DNA of 64,000 nt from Vitrella brassicaformis CCMP3155. Lineage: Eukaryota > Protista > Chromerida. A program made the position numbers and the translations under genes. Every line of letters starts with the position of its first letter. The stretch's first letter is position 1. The notes under the pieces are model-generated. The model made no database searches and was not told the DNA's origin. It saw only the letters and a list, made by a program, of their open reading frames with translations. Below are positions 22,364 through 35,699 of this stretch, piece after piece. Location of the stretch: NCBI GenBank assembly GCA_001179505.1, contig CDMY01000263.1:62001-126000 (forward strand). Direction: 5' to 3'.

Positions 22364-25300
22364 CTAGTCCGCCTCCTGCAGTGCAGTGCACCCACCCACA
22401 CGTTCACTCTCAGTCATTCCCTGCAGTGAGTGTGTGCGCTTGCTGGTGGTAGCTCCCTCACCTCGATTTCGTCGACCTTGCCGACGGCGATTGTCTTAGC
22501 TACAAGGCACCACACACAGACCGACGGACAGCAGATGAGATGTGCTGGCGGTGTGCATCGAAACCACGAGTGCTTTTCATTGATTCATTTCTTACCTCCA
22601 TCCCGCAGTGTGAATCTTCCGAGCTGAGGTCGGATCGCGTAGGGCTCCAAACACATAGGAGACACAAGCTGCCCCGCCCCACACAACAAGCAATAACACG
22701 CAAACGCATCCATCCATCTGCCTGGCCAGCTGTCTCGGTGTTGGTGCAGGTGTGTGTGTGTGTGGGGGGGGGGAGGGTAGCCACCCACCTGCATTCTGCA
22801 TTTGACCATGCAGCTGCTCTTGATGAACTGCGGGTTGGTCTTCTTCTTCTTGGTGGCGCGATCCGTCGACTCTGGTCAACATGACCCCAATCACGTGCCC
22901 GTCCATCCCGCCCACCCAGTGTGTATGTCCTTCTTTGCGGTCATTCCCTCCCCATCCCTCACCGAGCAGCTGTAGAATCTGGACCTCCTCACAGGCCGTG
23001 TGGGCATGGAATACTGAAGATTGATCGATGCGATGTACACACAGACAATGGTTTTCCTCACTGCTGCGCTGCGGAGTTCCAGCACTCCCCGTGTGAGTGT
23101 GTACCACAAGAGTATCCTGCGGTGATTATGGGTGGGTGCTCCGGCAGCTCCACAATATTCACCTGCAGAGGAGGGGATAAGTCGGGAAGGACCAAGCCAA
23201 GCAACCAATGGTAAGTAAGAGGAAGCTAGCCCTGTCTGTCTGTCTGTACCTACCGTGGCTTTGAATGTGGATATGACAGGGCAGGGGTGCTTGGCGGTAC
23301 ACAGCACGTAGCCCTTGCAGATCTGGTCCTCCTCAACACCTGACACCTTCAGCTGCGCACACACGCACACACACACAAGATGGCGATGGACAAGGGTGGA
23401 GAGGTGCTTCGGCTGGCTGGCCGGCTGGCTGGGTGGTGGGTGGTCCGTCCTACCGCCACGTTTTCTCCAGGTCTGGCGATGTCTACCTCGTCTTCATCGA
23501 CAAACACACTCAAAATCTTGACTCGGTTCTTGTTGGGCATCAGCAAACACTGAACAAACAAAGATATTAGGCCCTCCCGTGATTCCTGATCAGTCGGACT
23601 GTCTGTACTTACGTGTGCATTGGCCTTGACGACTCCTGCTTCGACCTTGCCCATGGCCATGACGCCCTGGTCCTTGTAGCCCGACAGCAGTGGGATCCTC
23701 AGGGGGTCATCCACACGACGGTCGGGCGGGACCAAACCATCAAACAACTCCCACAACGTCGGCTGTAGTGACCACCAGCCAGGCCAGCAACAGATACGCC
23801 AGTTAGTCCATGTAAGCATACCGTGGACGTGTTTATGTGTGTACGTTGGCCTAGATTGACTGACATGATTGACGTACGTACCTTGTCCCTTCCGTACCAG
23901 CTGCCTTTCGCATGGTAGCTCTTCGGGTTTGAGGCGTCACTGACGTGATGCTGCAGCATAGATAACATCGATCGATCGATGCCCACCCCACCCCACCCAA
24001 GGCAGGCCAGGCCAGGCCCCCTCCATGCCATGCCATGCATGTGTGTTGTGATGTTGTGTGCTGTCTGTCTTGTGCTGTGCCGACCTTGAGGTTGGATCCG
24101 GTGAGTCCCGATATGGGGATGAAGAAGATGTCCTTGGCGGGGTTGAAGAACTGACGCAAGTACGGAGTCAGCTTCTTCTCGATGTCAGTGTACCTGCGCA
24201 ATGCGGGCGAGCCACAGCCCATCCTTATGTCTCAAGCAGGCAACCGATTTCTGTTGTGTGCCTACCTGTTCTCATCCCAATCGCACGTTGGGTCGTCCAT
24301 CTTGTTGATGGCCACAATCAACTGGGTCACACCTGCCCGTCACACACACACAGACAGACAGACAGACAGCAGAAGACGGGAGGGAGGGAAGAGTCAGACA
24401 CGTCCGTCCATCCGTGTGCACATTCGTCGCTGCTCAGAGTACACTCACTCCCTCCTGCAAATGTGTGTGCGTACCTAGTGTCTTGGCCAGCATGGCGTGC
24501 TCCCGCGTCTGTCCGCCGCGCTCGAAGCCCGTCTCAAACTCGCCCCTGCGCGCTGACCCACACGCGGCAAGACAGAGAGATCGCTTCAGACACCGAGGGG
24601 GCGTGTGTATGTCTGTGTTTGTCTAGGTACAGGCGGGGCGGGCAGCGCTCACCGGAGATGATGAGCACTCCGACGTCAGCTTGTGCGGCGCCAGCAATCA
24701 TATTCGGAACAAAGCTCTTGTGACCGGGAGCGTCCTGACGCCACACACACAAGCTCGTTCACACATACATACCACGTCATGTCGTGTATGTCCTTGTTCC
24801 TTCCTGTGGTGAATGAGAGTGATTCACTCGCTGACCAGTATGGTGAATCTTCGGTTGTCTGTTTCGAACTTGGCCCTGCCGACCTCCACAGTCTTCCCCT
24901 GCACACATTCGACAATACAATGCATACCCACCTGCCCGCCTGACCATTTTCCCGCCCGTTGACTGACTGACTGACTGACGTACGGCGCACCTTGGCCCTT
25001 TCCTCCTCGTTGATGTCCATGATAAAGGCGAGGAACCAACTCTCGCGGTTCTTGTCTGCACACACCACACCACACCACACCACACATGCCCTCATTCCGT
25101 CCACCAATGACTGACTCATTGATTGCTTGGTGGGTGGGTGATCGATCGCCTGGCCCGGTGTCCTACCTACCTTTGGCCTCCTTCTCGTACTTTTCGATGG
25201 TACGCTGGTCCACCTGGCCCGACAGATACCTACACACATACACACGGGGGAACAGAGACACACAGACAGACAGACATTTATTGATTGATGCTGATTGTTG

Positions 25301-26878
25301 ACTATGAGTGAGTTTGATGCTGATTGTTTGCTATGAGTGAGTATGGGTGCTTGCCTTGCTTACAAGATGTTGCCGCATGTTGTGGACTTGCCAGCGTCTG
25401 ATGGGCGTCGTGCAGCCAGGCAGCCACATCGACACGTATGAGATACATACTAGTAAAGCCGACTGGGTGTACGTTTAGGTGAGTGAGTGAATCCTCGCTT
25501 GCTTACCGACGTGTCCGATGAATACGATGTTGAGGTGAGGCCTGTCATCTGCCTGTCGGATCTTCTTGCCCTCAGCGGTCGATGCCTCGCCGCCCTCGTC
25601 CTCATCGTTTTCCTCGTCGGCCTCGTCATCCTCACCCTCCTGATCCACACCCTCATCCCTGGCGACTGGTCCATCGCCCACTGGTGCACTACCGTCGGTC
25701 GACCCACACACCGCCGCACCTGGTGGTTGGTGCACCCCCACCCCATCGATCCCCGCCGCAGATGACGGGTCGGCCTCAGTGGTGGCCTCGGCAGCAGACT
25801 CCTCAGCCGCACCACCCACCTTAGACCCCGACGATAGGGGAGCGGGGGGTTGCTCGACGGGGGCTGGCGGCTGTGGGGTGGCATTGGCATTGGCATCTGC
25901 CTCGTCCTCCTCCCATGACTCACTGACGTCTGCGGGGTGTGCGTGTGTGGATGGGGTATGCTGGGCAGCCGACGGGGGGACGGACGAGGGCGGAGGGGGA
26001 GGGGGGGCGCCTGGGGGGGTCGGGTAAGACCCCGATGCGACCCTCTCACCGCCAACATGACCGTTGCGGGGTCCACCATACATACCGTACCCTATTTATA
26101 TATTGACACAAATCAACCAATGGTACGACAAGCCAAGCAACAAACAAACAGTGCACTCAACCAGCCAGCCCATAGGCAGGCAGGCAGGCAGGCCGGCCAC
26201 ATGCAAGACAAGCATGGTCTGACTGACTGACTGACTGATGGACAGACAGGTGTGTGTCTGGCCTGCATGAATGACCTACCGCCAGGAGGTTGGTTGTGGA
26301 CCTGCTGCTGCGACGGGAGGCCCATCTACACACAGCAGTAAGTAAGGACATACGTTCGTGTGCAGCACAGGCAGGCAGGCAGGCAGGCAGGCAGAACCAA
26401 GATTTGTGTGTGTGCGTATGATGTGTGACGGCACCGCCCGTCTGCGATTCGATTTGTATGCACCCCAGGTGCGTGCGTGCGTCCATCCGTACCTGCTGTT
26501 GCTGCTGCATCATGTTGATGTTGTAGTGGTGGTTGTGCTGTCCCCCCGGTGCGGGCGGGGGAGGGGGAGGCATCGGCCGCCCATAACCCTGCTGGCTGTA
26601 ACCCTGCTGCTGACCACCAGGGGCGGCAAAACCACCTGTTTGTGTCACACAACCAGCCATGAGTCACACCGCAAATGGAATGAGCCGAGGTGCCAGAATG
26701 ATCGGACGATTGAGTGGCAGCCGCCACGGCCAACGGTGCTGCCTGCCTGCCCTGCCTGCCTCGTCTATCTGTCTGCCTGTGCGACATGCGACGAACTCAA
26801 GACTGACGTAGCAAGTGTGCCTGCCTGCCTACCGGGTGTGAATGATGCCGCATTGGGATTGAAGTTGAAGTTGGACAT
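22364..26878 (-). CDS. GSPT1: Eukaryotic peptide chain release factor GTP-binding subunit eRF3
   Basis: N-terminal PAM2-like [16 protein letters not shown] and a Q/G/P-rich and acidic N region. G domain: [10 protein letters not shown]|[24 protein letters not shown]|[43 protein letters not shown]-terminal QLGRFTLRD…KTIAVGKV. Last micro-exon at 22364-22375. Confidence 0.95.
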
Positions 26879-27482
26879 CGTGGTTGTGATGTCCGCCCTC
26901 GCGATTCAATAGGGACAGGCAGATAGATAACCAGCCTCTCTCTCTGCAGTCTCTGAACGACACCGCACAACCACGAATCGCCAGACATATATATACTATA
27001 ATTCAGTGTGGAGGTACCTCTGCGTCCCCTCGCGTCGGGGATCCACGCCGTTTTCGGCTGGCAGCTTCAAAAGCTCGCCTTCCAAGCTTAGCTCGCAGTC
27101 TGTTTCCTTCCCTTCCTTGGGATAGTTTTTCGTTGGCAGAGGGCTTGTCTGGTCGAGAGCACGCAGTTGATCAGATCAACGCGCATCGTGTCGTTACTGT
27201 TGGTGGAATGCACATCCCGCAATTGATATGGTGTTGATCTTGGAGCCCTGAACGGCTTCCAACAGGTCAGAATCTCTCACAACTCGACACACGTGACACG
27301 CATCACCAGCCAGAGGCGTGCTTGGATGCGGGCGGGCAGTCGGTTGGGCTGCTGGTCCGTGCCATGGCTCGTGTGAAGTGTGTGTTGTGTTGTTGGTTTT
27401 TCATTCAGGTCAGTCAGGTGTTTGTTGTTTTGCTTGCTTCCATTGTAGCTAGCGTCAGCCAGTCAGTCATCGGTCGGCAGGT

Positions 27483-30400
27483 ATGAGTGGCCCGGGTGGC
27501 CCTTCCCCCGCGTCGGTGGGCGGGTCGGCAGGCAGCCAGCCGTCCCCGCCAGCTGTAGGTGCCGCTGCTGCCAGTCAAGTCAGCCAAGTCTCTCCCCCAC
27601 AGGCGGAAAAGCGCTTGGATAATGAGGAGGGAGAGAGCATCGCAGACACACACGACGACGAACCCGATGGTACGCACGCACGCACGGATCTACTGAGGGA
27701 GGCAGGCAGGCAGCGAGGGAGGGAGGGAAGGTCAGCCGGCCTGTCTGCCTGTCTGATATCACTGCTACACACACTCATACACCAAGCAATCACAGGATAA
27801 TACCTCTCTCTGCACGTCTGTCTGTCTGTCTGTCTGTGTATGTGTGTCGGCACAGAGGCGGACAAGGTTATCGAGAAATCGCCCCGCGGCCGGTACGCCC
27901 CCCACCCACTCGCTCCCTCACACGCTGTCAATTCAATTCAACCCGTTAGCACGCGGCTGGCTGTTTTTCGTGCTCCCGTGTGTTCTTTTCAGGTTCTTGC
28001 GGGTAGGTCGTTCAGTCAGTCCATCAGACAGACATGTGAATTAGTCAGTCGGTAACGTAAGGCGTATCCATCGACACAGACAGACAGAGAGACAGAGAGA
28101 GAGATTCCCGGACACGTCACGTCACGTCTGTGTGTGAGTTGGATGATGTGGTCGCATCCCTCCCTCCCCCATGTGTGCTGTGCTGTGCGTGTCGTCTTGA
28201 TGGGTTTGGTCACTCAGTTCAACAAGCGTTTGGGTTCCGGTGCGTACAAGATGGTGTATTTGGGTTTCGACAGCGAGACTGGTCGAGAGGTGGCGTGGAA
28301 CGTGATATCGACGGTTCACCTGGACGCCCAGGCTCGCCGCCGCATCTGTGAGGAGATCAACATCGCCAAGGCACTCAAGCACAAGAAAATCATCAGCTTC
28401 GTCAACGCCTGGCAAAACCGCAACCAAAAAGAGGTCGTCTTTATCACTGAACGAGTCACCGGCGGCAGCCTCAGACAGTAAGGGAAGCGACCACCCCATC
28501 CATTCATCCAACACACACTCACGCAGACAGACAGACAGACAGACAGAGGGAGGGAGGAGAGTCAAGGCAGCGAGCCAAGTGAGTGAGTGGGTGGCTGACT
28601 TGCGTGCTGTGTGGCTGACTGTCTCGTGTCAGGTACATTAACCGTGTGGATTGCAACTTGAAGGTGAAGGTTGTCAAGGACTGGAGCCACCAGATCCTCG
28701 AGGGCCTGGCCTACCTACATGCCATGGCACCCAGCCCTATAATCCATCGCGATCTGAAGGTACACACACATTCCAACACGTCGATTCGATACACAGTAAG
28801 TAGACAGACAGACGTGAGGTCGAGTCGACCTCACCCATCCCATCCATGTGTCGTGTCCATCCCATCCACCCACCCACCAAACCAATGATTGCAATGTCTG
28901 TCTGGCTGGGTGCCGCTGGTTGGGTAGTGCGACAACATTTTCATCAACGGCAACGTAGGTGAGATTCTGATCGGTGACCTGGGCCTCTCGACCTACCAGC
29001 GCTCCACCGCCGCAAGCATCGTCGGCACACCAGGTGGGTCAGTCAGTGGGTCAGAGGGCCGGGTTTAGTTACTCATACATACATACACGCATACATTCGC
29101 GTCGCGTCGCTTCGTGTCTGTCTGACCCCGTCCCGTCCGTCCGTCCGTATTTGTCTGTCTGTCTGTCTGTCTATTCACCGTCAGAGTTCATGGCTCCTGA
29201 GCTGTATGATGAGCAGTACGGGACATCAGTCGACATCTACGCCTTCGGTACGATAGGCCGGCCGCTCACCCGTTTTCACGCACACGCATTCGATGGTGAC
29301 GTGACATGGTTGGGTGTGCCGGCAGGCATGTGTGTTTTGGAGATGGTGACGAGGCGCTTCCCGTATGAAGAGTGCAAGACAACTGGACAGATTTATCGCA
29401 AAGTCATCTCAGTAAGTACTAACGCCCTGTGCTCCCAACTCACACCACACGGACGGCCTGGGTGTGTATCCCACATGATTGTGTATGTATGTGTGTGTGT
29501 GTGTATGTTGTCTTGTGTGTTTGCGTGGTGTGTAGGGTCAGAAGCCATCCATTCTTTACCGCGTCAAGTGGGACGACCTGCGGGAATTCATCGCATCCTG
29601 CATCGGTCAGTGAGTGAGTGAGAGGGAAATTAACTGACTGACTGGCTGGCTGGCTGGCTGGTTGCCATCCATCCATCCATATATCTATTCATTACGTGTG
29701 TTGGTGTGTGGGCGTCTATCAGCTATCCCGGCCTCCATGAGACCTACAGCGCAACAGCTGCTGCAGAGCGAGTAGGGTCACATTTATCCACATACCTACA
29801 GTCCCACAGAAGAGAGAAAGGAAGACACACCACAGACAAAGCCAGCCAGCTAGACATACACACGTTGCGTGGTCATGACGTATTATATATATCTTTGCTG
29901 ACACACGACATGACTGACATCTATGCGCCCGTGTGTGTGGGTGTGCAGCTTTCTGACACAGAATTTGGATGACGATCGGGAGTGCGATCTCCTCGACGAA
30001 AGCGTAGGACACACCACCCACCCTACAGTCGTGCCGTCGGACCGCATCGCATCCACCCCGTATGTTGTGTGTTGGTTGGTGGTGCAGCAAGTTGAGATCC
30101 CTGCCCCCATCCATGCCGGACGAGCCGCCGCTCAGATGGTACGCATACCCACGTGATTGATGTACCCACCCGGGGGGGTACCTACCTTACTTACACCACA
30201 CCTTTCCTCGCTGTTCGCACAGTACAGTCAGTCCTTCGTAGCCTAAGTACACTCATTCATTGTTTTCTCTCTGTCCGTCTATTGTATGCTATGCTATGCG
30301 TGTGTGTGAGCAGGCGCTTCCTCCGTTGGGTGAGGAAAGCGAGGTGGATGTGAGCAGCCTGCCGCAGCCCCAGCACGGCATCATGGGACCCATTCCCGAC

Positions 30401-33400
30401 ATCCCACTCATCAACACTCACACCCACGACACCATACAGGTACCGCACCGTACCGCACCGTACGGAAGTGCCTGTCCTGTCCTGTCTGTGGACGTGACGT
30501 CCCTACGCATACCATACACGAATGAATGACCTGACTGTGTGTGTACTGTACTGTACGGGTGGGTGTCTATCCATCAGACGGCCGAGACGCTGCTGGACCA
30601 GGTGCCAGCAGTGTATCCTCCCAGCGGCGTGGCTTTATCTGTACTCCCCGAGGATGGCTATGTCAGCGGGGCCACCCCAGAGCCCGCATCGCAGCAGGTG
30701 GTGGGTGTTGCGGTGGTCGAGGGCCCCCACCATGGTGCCGCTGGCAGAGATGAGGGTGGTGGTCGAGACGTCCCCGCCGACCCCAATGCTGCCCTCGCTG
30801 CCAGCTCCATGGACCTCGTTTTCACCGCTGTCGCTGCCATACAGGCCTCACCTATCGGACAGGTAAGTAAGGATGTATGTATGTACCTTGGCAAATATAC
30901 CTACACAGCAATATATATGCACACACCACACTACTAACGCCTAGCTATACGTCTTGTAGCTAGCCATACTCTTTCACACGCGCGTGCACGCACACCATGT
31001 CATGATCGTGTGTGTTCCATCTGTCTGTCTGTCTATGTCTGTGTGCAGGAGGCGTTGCCTCGCGGCTTGGAGCGTGAGGATCAGACCGGTGGAGGGGTTG
31101 GGCTGCGTGGTCCGACCCCCGAGCAGCTGGTGCCAGCCGCCACTTACTCGCCATCCCTGACGGAGATCAGGGCCCCCACCGGCGGCTTGTCCATCACGGC
31201 ACCCCCCAAGAGCGTCAAGTCTGATTCCCGCGATGCGTCGCCGCTAATGGGTCTTCATCCTTATAGCGAGACCACTGGGGACGGCAGCCGATCGGAGCCC
31301 GGCGCCGTCCCACCGACCACCGAGTCGCTACTGGACTCGGTCGGCCCCGGCGCTTTCACCAGTCCCCACCCCCCGCCCTCAGCATCCTTCACCTCGCCTC
31401 TCGTACAAGATGCCTACTCAGAGGCGGCAAGCCGGCCGCGCGGCACCAGCCAAGGCTCCTCCAAGTCAGCACCCGATCGGCCAGTCGCCGCACGCGCACC
31501 ATCACGAGGGCCGCAAGAAGACAGCCGACTAGTGGACCTCATCGGGGGCGACCAACACCCGACAGGACCGCGGGGCGGGGGGGCTGATGCATTTTCGCAG
31601 GAGGGGTCGACCGGTCACCGAACTCTTGCATCAAGTCCAACGTTAGCAAACTCACACACAACCCTGCAGACAAAACACGGGGGGNNNNNNNNNNNNNNNN
31701 NNNNNNNNNNNNNNNNNNNNNNNNNNNNNNNNNNNNNNNNNNNNNNNNNNNNNNNNNNNNNNNNNNNNNNNNNNNNNNNNNNNNNNNNNNNNNNNNNNNN
31801 NNNNNNNNNNNNNNNNNNNNNNNNNNNNNNNNNNNNNNNNNNNNNNNNNNNNNNNNNNNNNNNNNNNNNNNNNNNNNNNNNNNNNNNNNNNNNNNNNNNN
31901 NNNNNNNNNNNNNNNNNNNNNNNNNNNNNNNNNNNNNNNNNNNNNNNNNNNNNNNNNNNNNNNNNNNNNNNNNNNNNNNNNNNNCGGGGGGACACGGACA
32001 TCGGAGTGAGGGACAGAACAGACAGGCGAAGGAAGAGTGCAGCCCAGCCAGCGACTGCGTGTACTTACTTCCTGTGTGTATGTGTGTGTGCAAATGCATG
32101 CCTGCAGTCCGGGTCTTCCTGTTGAGGACCTGCTGATGGGCAAGGAGCGCCCTCCAGTGGCGGACAAGGTGCCTGCGCCATCATCTCAGCCGGTCCTGAC
32201 GGCCTCGCCCCCACTCCCTACCGTCACGGTGGTCAGATCTCACACGCGAGAGAGCGTCGCACCCGTCTCGTCACAAGGGGCAGACAGTACCACCGCAGGA
32301 CAGCCGGGACAGCCTGGCATCGACGCCACTGCCGTCCCCAAATCCACCCCTGCGGCCGTCATCCACCAGCAGTCTCTGCCAGCACGACCGGACCACACGG
32401 CAGCCGACATACACAGCGTCGCCGTCAGGCCCCCTGCCCAGCCGCCGCCCGCTGCCTCCCCACCGCAGCACCACCCTCTTCCTCACCCCCACCCCCCGCC
32501 CGGGCGCAGCCAGCAACAAGCCAGCCAACCACAACCACACCCACACCCACACCACCAACCAGCCGATGTCGGCGGCCACGTGTCCTTCGACGCCAAGTCC
32601 CTCAGTCGGCCGCCATCGACGGCCAGCACACCTAACACGCCCTCCACACGCGAGGGGGACCTGGGAGGCCCCGCAGTTGCGCCGCACGGGAGTGGCGCCG
32701 GGGTGCGGGATGGAGGCCGCCACGGCACGACCAGCGGTGCACCGCCAATGGAGTCACCTTCCAGGGACATGCCTGGAGGTGGACCCGTGGGTGGAGCGGC
32801 CCTCGAGTCGCTCACCCCAAACATCGTGGTGGAGTCAGCCAGTCATGGCAGCAGCGGGACATCCCTGCACCAGTCCACTTCCACTCGACGAATAAGTGTC
32901 GCAGTGGAGGAGGGCGACGTGGGAGAAGAGAACATTTTGAAAGTACTGACCAACACAGACGCACTCAGACAGATAGACAGACAGGGGGCACCGCAGCTCT
33001 TTATGTATATCTCTGTCTTGTTTGTTCAGGACGTGACCATCCACTTCCGTTTGACCAGTGGCAAATTCAGGCGAGTACAGTTTGATTACAATCTCGGTGA
33101 GTGAGACATGCATGCTATGCCACCACTCATACATACTCTACGCACGTCGATGTGCAAGTATGGAGAGCCCTCAGACATGTGCGGTGGGTGGTGTTGCTGG
33201 TTGGTTGCAGACTCCGACACCCCGGTCCAGGTGGCCGCGGAGCTCTTCAGGTGTGTCACAACGCAGGCAGCTTCGGATGTCTTCGATTATGTGAGTTTCT
33301 TGGTCCAACCTGCGTTGTGTGTGTGATATCGATGCATGGGTGCATGCCTTCAGCCAATTGCACGGGTGCGGGCTTCCTCCCCTGCTGGCTCCAGGGCACT

Positions 33401-34521
33401 TCGTGGTGGCTATTCAAGAGGAAGTCAGCTTCCGGAAGAGGGAGATGCGAGGCGGCAACAACCCACCACCACGCATCCGTACCGACCGCAGGGAACAACA
33501 ACCCACCACCGACGCAGCCTCAGTCACAAGCCCTCTCCCCCCACTCACACCCGGGCTAGGTCTCCGCGCCCAGCACGACCACCAGCAGCAGCAGCAGGAA
33601 CCCACCTACGCGCACCTTGAGACCAGCAGGAACTTTGTCTTCACTTCCGAGAGACCACGATCCGACACAGTTGTGCACCAGCCGCCATCGCGGCCATCAC
33701 AGCCATCGCCGCCCTCACAGCCATCGCCGCCGACGGAGGTGGAGAGGGCAGTGGAGCCTGATAGCAGTGCACAGCCCCAGAAAGAGCAAAGCGGCGACTG
33801 GACGGTGTCGCAGCCGCAGGTGGACACCGACACGCTTGTCGCCGGCAGTGAGGAGGAGACACAGCTGGGCGTCGTGTTCCCAACGGTCGATAGGCCGCAC
33901 ACCGATCAGCACATGGCCGTGCCTCACAGCGCATCGATGGGGGACTCTGCTGCTGCGGCTGAGCCCCTCGCTGGTGCTGGCGCCGTCGCTGAGCCCCAGA
34001 GGAAGCCCGTGGTGGTGCAGTCGGCCACGATCGGGGATGGCAGCAGGATGACCATGGGAGGGGGTAATGACTCATCGGTGGGGGGCGGGACCACAGGAGG
34101 AAGCCTGGCAGGCTCAAACTCGCTGCCCTCGATGGCACCAACGGAGACTCCTGGCAAGGCGGCAGGTGTGATGGATGCGTCGACACCGGCCAAGCCAAGA
34201 CCAGATGTGCCCTTGCCACCGCCCGGCAGCGGCACCCCTGTGCCTTCGTCTGTCAAGAAGGAGCAGAAGGAGCAGCAGCGACTGGAGGCTCGGAAGGAAG
34301 CCGACAAGAAGCGAGAGGAGCAGCGACGGATTCAGCGGGAAGAGGCCAAGAAGGCAGAGGAGGAAATGGCACTAAGGCTGACCAACCTCGACGAAAAGAA
34401 GGAGAAAGAGAGCGATGCACAGGCACAGCCCCGTCAACAACAAGCGACTGTGAGCGCTAAGACAGCAGCTCCTGCCCCTGCTACGAAGACAGCACCAACC
34501 CCTGCGAGCCCCGCCGTGTGA
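27483..34521 (+). CDS. WNK: WNK-family Ser/Thr kinase with long low-complexity tail, CCT-like domain and C-terminal coiled coil
   Basis: [24 protein letters not shown] (catalytic Lys in the Gly loop, the WNK hallmark), IIHRDLK|[17 protein letters not shown]|EFMAPELY. Later [21 protein letters not shown]|[12 protein letters not shown] is CCT-like. Stop at 34519-34521. The gene spans the N gap at 31685-31984. Confidence 0.93.
31685..31984. other. Assembly gap (300 N) in the WNK tail region
   Basis: N run flanked by G runs. Confidence 0.99.
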
Positions 34522-34841
34522 GCGGGGGAAGACAAGCTGGGTAGGGGTTCTTTTTTCTTGTCTTCTTGTTGACTGCTTGTTTATGGGAAGGTAATGGATC
34601 TGATGTTTTGTGTGTGAGTGTGTGCGTGCGTTGTGTGTGTGCGTGTGTGTGTGTGTGTGTGCATGACATCGTGGATTGATTGAACAAGGCCTTGACGAAG
34701 TCCGATCATCGAGTAGCGAATCTGTGCCTGTCTGTGTCGTTGCTCCATTCCGTGCCATTCATACAATGCAGCGTTGTCTCAGCACCAAGTCACGTAACTC
34801 TCGCATCTCCTGGTTTTCGTCTGGTCCCTCCCCACCCCTCC

Positions 34842-35367
34842 TCATTCGACAATCGGGACCGACTGCTCCATTGCCCACTGCAAATCGCGTTTGTATGCAC
34901 TCTTGATGATCTCATTGAAGGCGTCAGCTCCGCGCATCAGAGTTGACTGCCTCTCAGCTCGGTAGACATCCTTCGTCCCGCTCGGCGCCAGAACGAAATT
35001 CCATCTCTTCTTCTGCGGCGCAGCCGTGCCCAGAGAGGGGTCACCCTGGTAGTCCTTAGAGAACGCCTGGTCACCGTAGAAGACAAATGCCGACTCTCGT
35101 GCCTTCACACCGAAGGCGTCCTGGATGCGCTCCCTCTGCACCGCATCAGACCGATATATGGACCACCATCGGTTGCGGGCCGGAAACGGCAGAAAGTGGG
35201 TTCGAAACTCCCAGTACACTAAACATGCAGATGACCGCTGATAGAAGTGCCATACCTTCCTTCCATCGCGTACCCGCATTGTATTGTAGGCCGTGATTCA
35301 CATCTCCCGCTTTGAGAGACTCCTCCTTTATGGCATCGACATCAGCAGCACTCACAAAATCTGCCAT
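34842..35367 (-). CDS. Hypothetical 162-aa protein (2 exons, 37-nt intron)
   Basis: Exons 35256-35367 and 34842-35218 join in frame through the GT-AG intron 35219-35255, giving MADFVSAADVDAIKEE…VYWEFRTHFLPFPARNRWWSIY…SVPIVE*. No family recognised. Confidence 0.6.
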
Positions 35368-35699
35368 CTTCGCTTGGAGAAGTGGAGTGCCGGCACCACA
35401 GCCCTCTGGGGTATCCTGTGAAAGCTTTCTAGTGGAGCACGGGTATCCGTAAAACATCAATGGCGAATAGTTAGGGATTTCGTGAAACCGGAAGGGATTG
35501 CATTCGTTTTCTTTTCTCCCTCCTTTGCTCGGCTGCCGAACGACATGCGAATGGCATCAGAAGCGAGAGCATGCTGTCTAGTCTTGCTTAACCAAAACAG
35601 CTCTCGCATACACTGCCGCTTCAAAAGTATAACGGAAGCAGACGTTCTGTACATGTCAGTCACTTCAACAACAGCTGTACAATACTGAACCACGAATCA

